DNA of 37,324 nucleotides, taken from Candidatus Micrarchaeota archaeon. GTDB taxonomy: Archaea > Micrarchaeota > Micrarchaeia > CAILAH01. The notes below the pieces were generated by a model. The model searched no databases. It saw only the letters and a list, made by a program, of their open reading frames with translations, and had not been told where the DNA came from. The first letter of the stretch is position 1; each line of letters begins with the position of its first letter. This document shows, piece after piece, positions 26,497 to 34,898 of the stretch. The position numbers and the translations under genes are program-made. The stretch is from positions 1 through 37,324 of the forward strand of contig CAYOAB010000002.1 in assembly GCA_964401875.1 (NCBI GenBank), written 5' to 3'.

Positions 26497-27894
26497 ATGT
26501 CTCCTCAAGAACAGATTACACAAAAAGAAAATAAACAAAATGAATCTATTTTAAGACAAGAATCTTTTGAGACTATGTTAACAATTATGAACAAAGCAAG
26601 TTCAAGAGGTTCAGAATATATTGGATATTATAATCTAGCAAGTGGACATTTACGTGATAATTTAAAAGCCACAAAGGAGATAAGACAACAAGCATTTAAT
26701 TTTGTAATTCAAGAATTGTCTCCAGAAGCAAAGAGAGAACTGGTTGGCATACTTAAAAGTGAAAGAAAAAAACAAGAAATTGAAAATATTGTTGATCTCA
26801 CTTTTGATGTTAAAACTCATGGTCTTTTAATGGAAAAAGGAATAGATTTTGGTGAGGGGCCGATAAGTATTAGATCTATGAAAAATTTTGGGATAGGTAA
26901 ATATGATGAAGATTCAAAAAAATTTGAATTAACATATGAAGAAAAAGAATTATTTTTAGAATTACAAAATAAATATAAAGAAGAAAAATTAGATTCTCTC
27001 ATTAATTTTAATTATTATGAGGATACACTTCATGCCACTGCAGGGGTTATGAAAATTATGAAAGAAGGGAAGAGTAAAGAAGAAGCTATGCAAATAGTTG
27101 ATGATTTAAGAAAAGCGTTTGGAATTAAGAAATTTGGAAGGTATGATGCGGCAACATTAATTGAACAACATAATAATACAGAAATAGATAGTGAAACTGG
27201 AACGTATAAATTAAAAATAGATAGTACAAAAGAACAAACTATATTTATAAGTGGGCATTATGAATATAATGGTGCGGCATATAAAATTGAAGGGGAGAAT
27301 ACAGCATCCAGTATAACTAGAAAAATTAATGGATTAAAAAAAGAAGGTAAAGCACAAGTTTGGATATATGAAGAAAGTTACGGTGATGAAGTGTTTACTA
27401 CTCTTCAAAATTTTGATGCGGAAATGGAAAATAAAAAATATAATATAGTAATAAGTGCTCATGGAAATAGTCAAGAAGTATTATTTGGAGGCGAAAGAAA
27501 AAAGAACCCAAATGAAAGGCAAAAAGATGATCATTATTTAAATATGGAAAATATGAAACAACAATCAGAATTTTTAGAAAGTTTGAAAGGAAAGGTGGAT
27601 AACATAATTATAATGGCTTGCTCAAATAGAACAGAAGAAAATATAAATTATCTAGCAAAAGAATTCCATTTAACAACTAATGCTACTGTTATTTCTGCGG
27701 GAGAACAAGTATATGGAACTATATTTAGAAATAAAGAACCTAAAATAATATTTAAATATGGAAACCGTATAGAAGGGGGAATTCATTATGGTGCACAAGT
27801 TTATGCAGGTGGAGTAATAAGCGGGTACTTAAAAAGTCAAGGAGAATACTATGAGGGAAAAAATTTAGAACCAAATTATAGAAATAAATTATAA
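26497..27894 (+). CDS. Hypothetical cytoplasmic protein with a C-terminal caspase-fold-like (clan CD) His/Cys dyad
   Basis: 465 aa with no signal peptide. A hydrophobic strand plus His-Gly (KYNIVISAHGN, H322, nt 27460-27462) is followed 53 residues later by a hydrophobic strand plus Cys (NIIIMACSN, C375, nt 27619-27621). This arrangement is seen in caspases, CHAT domains and C80 CPD domains. The assignment is by pattern only. Confidence 0.45.
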   Translation: MSPQEQITQKENKQNESILRQESFETMLTIMNKASSRGSEYIGYYNLASGHLRDNLKATKEIRQQAFNFVIQELSPEAKRELVGILKSERKKQEIENIVDLTFDVKTHGLLMEKGIDFGEGPISIRSMKNFGIGKYDEDSKKFELTYEEKELFLELQNKYKEEKLDSLINFNYYEDTLHATAGVMKIMKEGKSKEEAMQIVDDLRKAFGIKKFGRYDAATLIEQHNNTEIDSETGTYKLKIDSTKEQTIFISGHYEYNGAAYKIEGENTASSITRKINGLKKEGKAQVWIYEESYGDEVFTTLQNFDAEMENKKYNIVISAHGNSQEVLFGGERKKNPNERQKDDHYLNMENMKQQSEFLESLKGKVDNIIIMACSNRTEENINYLAKEFHLTTNATVISAGEQVYGTIFRNKEPKIIFKYGNRIEGGIHYGAQVYAGGVISGYLKSQGEYYEGKNLEPNYRNKL

Positions 27895-27898
27895 ATAA

Positions 27899-28561
27899 TT
27901 ATTTTTCTAAAGTTCCATAAAAGTTTCTAAAGGTATTTAATGAATCTAACCTAATATTAAAATCAATTTCATTTGATTTTCCTCCCTCTTTTTCTCCCTT
28001 TATTGTTAATTTGTCCTCTTCAAAATTAATTGAATGTGAAACAATTTTTTCATTTGAAGAGATTAATTGAAATGAAAAATCTCTTTTTTCTTTTAAAGAT
28101 TTTTCATAACTTGAAAAGTGTAAATATCCTTCATTTACTCCAGTCAAATAAATAGTACCATTGTTTTCAAAAATATGAGAAAAGTTTTTTGAGTTTTCTA
28201 ATTTGTATGTTTTTTCACCATCTTTAATATGTATTTCATTTCCACTTATTTTAGCAGAAAAATTTGTGTTTGGAATTTTAGCATATTTTTCATTTAAAGT
28301 TACATTTTTTTCCTGTTGTGTTTTTGAATATGTAATCGTACTTAATCTTGAATGTTCTATTTCTTTAGTAGATTGAGAAACCATATTTACACCTTTGTTA
28401 TTATCATCATTATTACATCTCTCACATGAAATTAAAATGCTTTCTGTTAAAATTAAACCCATTATAACAAATTTGTTGAATTTTTGTTTAATTGAATTTT
28501 TCTTCATCATATGTGAGTGCATTAAAAAAGTTAAGGGTTCAGAATATTTAAACCTTTCCAT
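27899..28561 (-). CDS. Small secreted protein with a lipobox-like signal (hypothetical)
   Basis: 220 aa in the track; the start is more likely M18/M19 (ATG at 28510 or 28507): MMKKNSIKQKFNKFVIMGLILTESILISC. The remainder is beta-rich. It is divergent from the 1383-aa gene across a 75-nt spacer. Confidence 0.55.
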   Translation of the reverse strand: MERFKYSEPLTFLMHSHMMKKNSIKQKFNKFVIMGLILTESILISCERCNNDDNNKGVNMVSQSTKEIEHSRLSTITYSKTQQEKNVTLNEKYAKIPNTNFSAKISGNEIHIKDGEKTYKLENSKNFSHIFENNGTIYLTGVNEGYLHFSSYEKSLKEKRDFSFQLISSNEKIVSHSINFEEDKLTIKGEKEGGKSNEIDFNIRLDSLNTFRNFYGTLEK

Positions 28562-28636
28562 TTCATTATGTCTTTATTTAATTACTATTAGTAAAACATA
28601 ACATTTTTAAACCTTAAACTCTCTGAAATAGGACCT

Positions 28637-31600
28637 ATGAGGAGCTTCAAAACTAAGAAAATTGTAGCGGGCGCTATGTTGGCCGCACATTTATTTACTG
28701 TTACGCCTATTTATGCTAATGATAATGTTAATTCTAACGAGAATAAAAATCAAAAAGTAATAATTGAAAAAACTGATGTTGAATTTTTACAGGAATGTCT
28801 AGATAAAAAAGATTACATTTCATTTCAAAAGAAGTATGATGAATTAATTGAGAGAAAATTAATTGATGCGGAACCCATTGTAAAGTATGCACCAGTTTTA
28901 GGGCCTAAAACTAAGAAGGCAATATCTATATTACAAAAGAATGGATATCTTTTAGATGAAGAGAAAACATTCCAGATTAAAGAAGTTAAAGAAGTTAAAA
29001 AAGAAGAAAAAGAAAAGAAAACATCAATTGAAGAATTTAAAGATGAAATGAAAAGAACACCTTATGATTCATGGGACGAACAAAAACAACTTGAAAAATC
29101 ATTAACTATACTTGAAAAAAGAACAGATTATTTGAAATTATTATATAGTGGTGATACTGAATACCCCTACTCTTATTACATAGGTGAAAGGTGGTTAATT
29201 GAATTCACAAAAACGTTAAACCAACTTGAAGCACAATACTCAAAAACTTTAAGGTATGAAAATTCAAAAGAAAAAATGGATGAAATAATAAAGAAAAATT
29301 TCCCTGAATATGAAAGTTATGAAAAGTTAATGGGTTCCATGATTATTTTGAGAAATAACGTTCAATATGTTCTAAACGACTTGAAATTAATGAAGAATAA
29401 ATTAAAGAATGCACAACCAGTTCAGATAAATCAAATTATAATTGAAACAAAAAAAGAAATTTCTAATAGATTAAATGAAGTAACAAATAGAATTTTAATT
29501 TTAGATTCAAACAAAATGCCTTATCTCTACTCCTATTCAATTGAAAGTAATTTAAAACCCAACTATTTAGATGTTTTAGAACACATATCTTCAAATGAAG
29601 ATTTCATTAAACATAAGAAATGGTTAACTGAAAATTATTTCAAAACAACAACTTTCGGTAATTATAATAAAGATGAAGTTATACTCGCTTACAATGAACT
29701 TTCGTTGGGCACTCAGCACGCTCTCTTTAAATATTACTTTAATGAACACAATAAAAATAACATTCCAAACAGTGAAAAGTTTGCATTACAAGTATTCGGA
29801 TTAAATGTTCAAGGATATGAATCTGCCGCATCAATAGTTCAATACTTAAACAGGATGGATAAATTTGATGCTAAAACACAACTTGAAATATATAGGAGAA
29901 TTGGTGCGGGAACAACTTTCGCTGAGACGGAAAGTGATTGGATTAATTTAACAACTTATATTAACACGGATGTAAATGAAGCTTTAGGTAAAGTACTTAA
30001 AACCGATATTGTTATGATAAGGGATCAAACTAAGGATAGGTATGAACTTAAATCAGCAAGTATAGGTACACCAGGTTTCAATGTCCGTGAAGATATAAAC
30101 ACAAAAGGTAGCGGTAGTGTACACTTACAGGAAGCGTTCACTATGATTGAACAAGGTTATTACAACAATGATTCAAACGTTCAAGGTTCAAACATAAACG
30201 TTAACACAGCACCACATTTAAATGGTACTAATTTAGAAAACGCAAGGCCTAAAGGGCATTCAAGAAACATTGATGACATGTTCGGAAGGAACAGAGTTGA
30301 AACAACAGTTCCAAAAACTAATGTTCAAATTGTTAAGAGCATTGCTGATTTAGGCGTTTTCAATTACAGGTACGTTCAAAAGGGAACATTCACAAATTTA
30401 ATTTCAAGAACTGAAGAAAATTTAGATTACACAAAAACAACTAACCTTGGTCAAAATGAAACTGAAGAAACAAGTAAAGTTGATGTTACTTACACAAACA
30501 ATTTAACAAGTTATTTGAACGCTGATGGGCCTTCAAGGTATTCTAATAATCAATTCAATTGGGGTAGAAGTAAATCTACATCTTATTTAACTTACGAAAA
30601 TGAAAATGAGAGAAGAACAAATGACTTTGAAAGTGTTTCCGATTCTTTCAGTTTAAATTCTAAAAATAGAAATTTATTTTCCACAAATAATTTTGGTATA
30701 AGTTTATTTGACTTGGAAAGTAATTTGAAAGTAGGTGAATCACCAAACACTTCTTCAACTCAAAAAACTGAAATTATAACACCTGGTTTAGAAGATGAAT
30801 CATACACAATTAACAAAACAAAAGATATGAAAGGAGATTATGAATATTATTTAGATTCAAAAATGTTTAGTGGTTGGTATGAAAATTATTCAAGAGGTAA
30901 CTTTGGTGAAATAGGTTTATTCAACGAGGTTAAAACTTTTAGAGATAATGAAACAAATGAAAACACTATAATTAGAAACGGAACAGATTTAGATAAATTT
31001 AAAGAATGGGACTTTGAAAACATTTACAATTTAAAGGAATGGCAATTACATGCAGGTACACAACAATTAAATGTTTACACAAATTCTCTTTTCTTTAGTG
31101 GAATGTATAAAGGTGTATTCACTATAAGACCTGAAAATTCATACTATTTAAAATTCGGTGAAATTGAAAATCAACAAGGTGAAAAAACAAAAATTCACAA
31201 TTATTACAAAGATGAACAAGAAATCCCTTCACACATAAAGAGTGAAAGAGATGTTTTCAATTCAGATGTTGTATACCATGGTGCCGGAGGAGTATTAGGT
31301 ATACCTTTCAATGGAAATAATGAAATAGGTTTAGGTTACGTTCACAATAAAACTTTAATGGATAAAGATAAACATTTAGGTTTACTCTCCTATTCATGGC
31401 ATGAAAATTCAATTGCTGCTCTTTCATTATACCAAGGTTCTTACAATATAAGTAGAGGTTCAAACCCTTACTCTTTGTTCACAAATCAAGTTAACCAATT
31501 AACAAGGAACGATTTGTTTAATTATAAATTCCCAAGAGATTCAAAGTCAATGGAACAATTATATTTGAATTCTCAGGAAGCAACTTTCATTGAAGCAACA

Positions 31601-32788
31601 GTTTTGAACAAAGATAATTTGAATATAACAGCTTTCGCGGGTAGTGGTGAAGAGTATAACAGAATACAAGCAGGTGCAATTTCAAATTATGTACATGATT
31701 TATTCAAATTAAAAGTTGGCGGTATTTACGATGAAGGTAACAATCTTGAAAGGGAAAATGGTGCAGGTAACTTATATTTAAGTAATAAAAAAGAAACAGC
31801 ATACATTTTAGGTTCAATATTAGCACAAAAAGAATTGGGTTGGAAAACCGATGAAGCATTAAGATATTTAGGTGAATTATTTGGTTTAAAAGTTGAAACT
31901 AAAGCGTACACTTCATTCTCAGAAAATAATAAATTAAATGAAAAAGGTAGATTTATTGGAGCAGAAATAAGTTTCAAAGATGATACAGTTGTCCTCTATT
32001 ACTTTGGTGGTAAAGATGTTTACAGTGAAAACATTGAAGAGCATAAAGAGTTTAATTTAATTGGTGCATCAGGTAAATTCACACCAAACCTTTCAATTGA
32101 AGCTTATGGTACTTGGAAAGGTGATTTAGGTAACGGTGCATTCTTACATCCCATAATAACACACAATAACAATTTCGGTATAACTGCATTGATTGGTTAC
32201 ACGCAAGATAAAGTTAATTTCAATCTCTTAAATGAAAGAGTGAAAAAAGATTACTTAACAACAGGTTTAGGTGTAGGTTTCAGAAAAGGTGGTTTAAGTT
32301 TACTTCTACTTCCAATTTCTTACACCAACAATTTTGAGTACAAACACATAATTGAAACGGGTTTAAGTGGTACTTACTGGTTACCTGGCGGTTCATTGGG
32401 TTTCGGTACAGGTTATGTTCATAACATTATACAAAACCCTACTAAAAGTATGTTAGAAAATCCTTTCAAACTCCCATACAAAGATAACAATTTCAATTCA
32501 AGAATGTTTTACTTGTATGGTGAAGGTTCCGGTAGAGGTATAATGGGATTTGATTATACAAAGTTCAGGTTAACGGGTAAATTAGGTGAAAATGAACTTT
32601 ACAAATTATACCAAACAATTGCAACTCTTGAAATGAGTGATTTCTGGAAAAGAATTTATTTTGATTTATCTTTCACTTACAAAATGGATAAGGGAGATTT
32701 AATCTTACAAGATAATTCCAGTGAATTAAAAAATGTAATGGAAAAATATAATGTAAAAGGAATTTTAGGAGTTGAATTTTACTTTTAA
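28637..32788 (+). CDS. Giant secreted protein: signal peptide, peptidoglycan-binding-like motif, coiled-coil/helical region and a C-terminal outer-membrane beta-barrel-like domain
   Basis: 1383 aa.
- The Sec signal is MRSFKTKKIVAGAMLAAHLFTVTPIYA|ND.
- LGPKTKKAISILQKNGYLLDE resembles the second half of a PG_binding_1 repeat.
- The last ~450 aa consist of short amphipathic Gly/aromatic-rich strands (NLSIEAYGTW, FGITALIGYT, TTGLGVGFR, ETGLSGTYWL, SLGFGTGYVHN, RMFYLYGEG, GIMGFDYTKF, RIYFDLSFTYK).
- The protein ends GILGVEFYF, with Gly at -5, an aromatic at -2 and a terminal Phe. Confidence 0.65.
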   Translation: MRSFKTKKIVAGAMLAAHLFTVTPIYANDNVNSNENKNQKVIIEKTDVEFLQECLDKKDYISFQKKYDELIERKLIDAEPIVKYAPVLGPKTKKAISILQKNGYLLDEEKTFQIKEVKEVKKEEKEKKTSIEEFKDEMKRTPYDSWDEQKQLEKSLTILEKRTDYLKLLYSGDTEYPYSYYIGERWLIEFTKTLNQLEAQYSKTLRYENSKEKMDEIIKKNFPEYESYEKLMGSMIILRNNVQYVLNDLKLMKNKLKNAQPVQINQIIIETKKEISNRLNEVTNRILILDSNKMPYLYSYSIESNLKPNYLDVLEHISSNEDFIKHKKWLTENYFKTTTFGNYNKDEVILAYNELSLGTQHALFKYYFNEHNKNNIPNSEKFALQVFGLNVQGYESAASIVQYLNRMDKFDAKTQLEIYRRIGAGTTFAETESDWINLTTYINTDVNEALGKVLKTDIVMIRDQTKDRYELKSASIGTPGFNVREDINTKGSGSVHLQEAFTMIEQGYYNNDSNVQGSNINVNTAPHLNGTNLENARPKGHSRNIDDMFGRNRVETTVPKTNVQIVKSIADLGVFNYRYVQKGTFTNLISRTEENLDYTKTTNLGQNETEETSKVDVTYTNNLTSYLNADGPSRYSNNQFNWGRSKSTSYLTYENENERRTNDFESVSDSFSLNSKNRNLFSTNNFGISLFDLESNLKVGESPNTSSTQKTEIITPGLEDESYTINKTKDMKGDYEYYLDSKMFSGWYENYSRGNFGEIGLFNEVKTFRDNETNENTIIRNGTDLDKFKEWDFENIYNLKEWQLHAGTQQLNVYTNSLFFSGMYKGVFTIRPENSYYLKFGEIENQQGEKTKIHNYYKDEQEIPSHIKSERDVFNSDVVYHGAGGVLGIPFNGNNEIGLGYVHNKTLMDKDKHLGLLSYSWHENSIAALSLYQGSYNISRGSNPYSLFTNQVNQLTRNDLFNYKFPRDSKSMEQLYLNSQEATFIEATVLNKDNLNITAFAGSGEEYNRIQAGAISNYVHDLFKLKVGGIYDEGNNLERENGAGNLYLSNKKETAYILGSILAQKELGWKTDEALRYLGELFGLKVETKAYTSFSENNKLNEKGRFIGAEISFKDDTVVLYYFGGKDVYSENIEEHKEFNLIGASGKFTPNLSIEAYGTWKGDLGNGAFLHPIITHNNNFGITALIGYTQDKVNFNLLNERVKKDYLTTGLGVGFRKGGLSLLLLPISYTNNFEYKHIIETGLSGTYWLPGGSLGFGTGYVHNIIQNPTKSMLENPFKLPYKDNNFNSRMFYLYGEGSGRGIMGFDYTKFRLTGKLGENELYKLYQTIATLEMSDFWKRIYFDLSFTYKMDKGDLILQDNSSELKNVMEKYNVKGILGVEFYF

Positions 32789-33840
32789 TTTTTAATATAA
32801 TAAAAACCTAAAGAAAGTAAAATTAATCCAGCTACCCCTCCACATAAATGTGCACTTTCTTGTATTTCCTCTTCAATAGGGGAAGAAGTACTAATTTGGT
32901 TAACTGTTGCAACTGCATACAAACTTAAACCATCCGTGTAAACTAATATTATGTAATAATCCCCTGCATCAATTATTTCAGGTTCAATTATGGTGAAATT
33001 CCCATTGTCATCTATTCTAACAACAACAATATCCCCACTTAATTTACTTTTTGGAATTTCAAATTTAATTGTTGCTTTTTCTATATCTTCACCATCTTTA
33101 ATGTTTTTTAAATCTACTCTTACACTTTCAATTATTTCAGTTTCATAACCTTCAAATTCTTCCTGTAATATTTCCTCTAATTTTTGAATATCCTCTTCTG
33201 TTGTTTCACTTGGGGTTATTGAAGCATTTTCATTGAAATTCAATGATAAAGCTACTATATGAAGTGTTTTAGGAGCATTTTCAATTGTAATTTCATATTT
33301 ATCTTCTTCATTTTTTTCAATATTTGTTGTAAATTCTTCTTCTTCCTCAATTATACTTTCTTCACAATAAGGAACAAATGTCCAGTATTCACTTAATTCT
33401 AAAGTAACACCATCTTCATTTTCATTAACATAAAATTCTGCCCATTCACTTGTACATCTAACTTCATTTCCTTCTTTATAACAAGAACATGGGTATCCAA
33501 TTATACTTGAACATAAATATTCAATTATCATAGGGTTATCTGTTGCAATGTGTGTACTTGTTTTGAATTTCATAAATTCAATTGTTGTTTCGTCACCAAA
33601 TGTAATTACAAGTTCTTCTGTTGGTTTAAATCCACATTTAATTTCATTTCCAATTTCACATGTACATTCCGATTTAAATCCTTCCGTACAATATTTCTCT
33701 AAAATTATTTTATCGTTCAAAGCTTCTTTAGGTAAACAATCTTCATTCACAACTGAGAAAATAGTTCCCATTAAGAACAGTAACATTAGAATAGATATTT
33801 TTTTCATAATTAAATTAAAAAGAGAAATTATTTTAACCAA
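32785..33840 (-). CDS. Secreted Cys-repeat surface protein with a C-terminal TM anchor (hypothetical)
   Basis: 351 aa in the track; the start is probably the ATG at 33807 (MKKISILMLLFLMGTIFS signal). Two copies of a C-x7-C-x-C-x2,3-GNE-x2-C module are present, followed by an E-rich linker, a beta domain and the C-terminal LCGGVAGLILLSLGFYYIKN. Its stop overlaps the stop of the convergent 1383-aa gene. Confidence 0.6.
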   Translation of the reverse strand: MVKIISLFNLIMKKISILMLLFLMGTIFSVVNEDCLPKEALNDKIILEKYCTEGFKSECTCEIGNEIKCGFKPTEELVITFGDETTIEFMKFKTSTHIATDNPMIIEYLCSSIIGYPCSCYKEGNEVRCTSEWAEFYVNENEDGVTLELSEYWTFVPYCEESIIEEEEEFTTNIEKNEEDKYEITIENAPKTLHIVALSLNFNENASITPSETTEEDIQKLEEILQEEFEGYETEIIESVRVDLKNIKDGEDIEKATIKFEIPKSKLSGDIVVVRIDDNGNFTIIEPEIIDAGDYYIILVYTDGLSLYAVATVNQISTSSPIEEEIQESAHLCGGVAGLILLSLGFYYIKN

Positions 33841-34514
33841 CTGGCATAATCTTTCTTTAATTCCGCTAACAATTCTCTTGCTTTTTTGTTTCCTTCTTTT
33901 TTTAATTTGTAAATTAATTCAATGTCACGGAAATCTTTTTTTCCTTCTTGGTATTCTTCTAAAATTACAGCACCTTTCTTTAACAATAACAATGCAATTT
34001 CATAACAAGAACCTTTTGATTCTTCAGTTGTTTCCATTCCATTTTGTAATGCTAAATAGAATGCATTAAAATAAAAATCAGGATCAGGTTCTTCAATATT
34101 AACATTTTTTTCTAATAAATATTCAACAATTTGAATGTTACCTTCATTTATAGCTACCTGTAAAGGCGTGAATCCATTTTCATCTTTCTTATTAACATCA
34201 AGTCCAACAATTTCAACTAAATATTTCATAGAAATTGTAGAATTATATTCCGCTGCTCTGTGTAAGAAATCAATTGAATATTTCTCTTCAATTCCCTTAT
34301 AATCTCCTTTAAACTCTCTTTCAAGCTCTTCAATTACCCCAAACATTACAAAATCATTAATTTTTTCTGTACTGTGAAATGTTTTTACTTTTTCATCAAT
34401 TTTCTTTTTATTATACAATTCAGGATTTTCTTTCTTAATTTTTTCAAATCTTTTTAATTCTAAGATTGATAATACGTTCTTTTGAGGACCATTAATGATA
34501 TTTTTATTTTTCAT
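33828..34514 (-). CDS. Ankyrin-repeat protein
   Basis: 228 aa. DENGFTPLQVAINEGNIQIVEYLLEKNVNI is a canonical ANK repeat, and flanking repeats are FLHRAAEYNSTISMKYLVE and FYLALQNGMETTEE...ALLLLKKGA. There is no signal peptide. Confidence 0.85.
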   Translation of the reverse strand: MKNKNIINGPQKNVLSILELKRFEKIKKENPELYNKKKIDEKVKTFHSTEKINDFVMFGVIEELEREFKGDYKGIEEKYSIDFLHRAAEYNSTISMKYLVEIVGLDVNKKDENGFTPLQVAINEGNIQIVEYLLEKNVNIEEPDPDFYFNAFYLALQNGMETTEESKGSCYEIALLLLKKGAVILEEYQEGKKDFRDIELIYKLKKEGNKKARELLAELKKDYASWLK

Positions 34515-34537
34515 ATTCTGTTTAGGGGAAGTAGTGA

Positions 34538-34545
34538 TTTTTAAA
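34538..34545 (-). promoter_or_regulatory. Candidate TATA box for the ankyrin gene (near-leaderless)
   Basis: The minus strand reads aaatgtttaaaaa. The TATA-like tttaaaaa lies 24-31 nt upstream of the ATG at 34514. Confidence 0.4.
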
Positions 34546-34567
34546 CATTTTGATTAATAAGAGGATA

Positions 34568-34639
34568 TGGACTTGCCGGGGATCGAACCCGGAGTCTCTA
34601 CCTTGCGAAGGTAGCGTCATACCATTAGACCACAAGCCC
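34568..34639 (-). tRNA. tRNA-Ala (anticodon CGC)
   Basis: The reverse complement is GGGCTTG-TG-GTCTAATGGTATGAC-G-CTACC-TTCGCAA-GGTAG-AGACT-CCGGG-TTCGATC-CCCGG-CAAGTCC-A. The cloverleaf is perfect with a G3:U70 alanine identity pair. There is no intron and no encoded CCA. Confidence 0.9.
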
Positions 34640-34662
34640 ACTATTATGTTAAAGTGAACTAA

Positions 34663-34671
34663 TATTTTAAA
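34663..34671 (-). promoter_or_regulatory. Candidate TATA box for tRNA-Ala
   Basis: The minus strand reads gaatgtttaaaat(a). The TATA-like tttaaaata lies 24-32 nt upstream of the tRNA 5' end at 34639. Confidence 0.45.
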
Positions 34672-34679
34672 CATTCCAT

Positions 34680-34865
34680 GTGTATAAATTTATTATGGAT
34701 TTATTTATCTTAGGATTAATTGTTATTGTTTGTTTGATATTTTCTTTAATTGTGAGTAAAATATTATGGAAAGGTATGGAGATGATGTTCAAATTTCTTT
34801 TTGTATCTATCGTTACAATCATTCTAAGCGCAATCCTTATATACTTCTTTTTATTCATTTTATGA
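34680..34865 (+). CDS. Possible small two-TM membrane protein (hypothetical)
   Basis: 61 aa with two clean hydrophobic helices (LFILGLIVIVCLIFSLIV and FLFVSIVTIILSAILIYFFLFIL). It competes with a 72-aa minus-strand ORF that looks less protein-like. No RBS or promoter was checked. Confidence 0.35.
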   Translation: MYKFIMDLFILGLIVIVCLIFSLIVSKILWKGMEMMFKFLFVSIVTIILSAILIYFFLFIL

Positions 34866-34898
34866 TATCTTTTTATAATTCCCAACTCTAATTATAAC

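Noticed and set aside
34538-34676. An 11-nt direct repeat flanking tRNA-Ala as attL/attR of an integrated element.
   Set aside because: The repeat does not include tRNA sequence. Each copy sits at a promoter distance of 24-32 nt upstream of a minus-strand gene start. It is AT-rich and TATA-like, and there is no integrase in the window.
34667-34885. A 72-aa minus-strand ORF between tRNA-Ala and the 34899 gene.
   Set aside because: It overlaps a plus-strand 61-aa ORF whose product forms two clean TM helices. The minus-strand product (MGIIKRYHKMNKKKYIRIALRMIV...) looks like antisense of a hydrophobic gene. Neither is strongly supported, and only the plus-strand one is listed, at low confidence.
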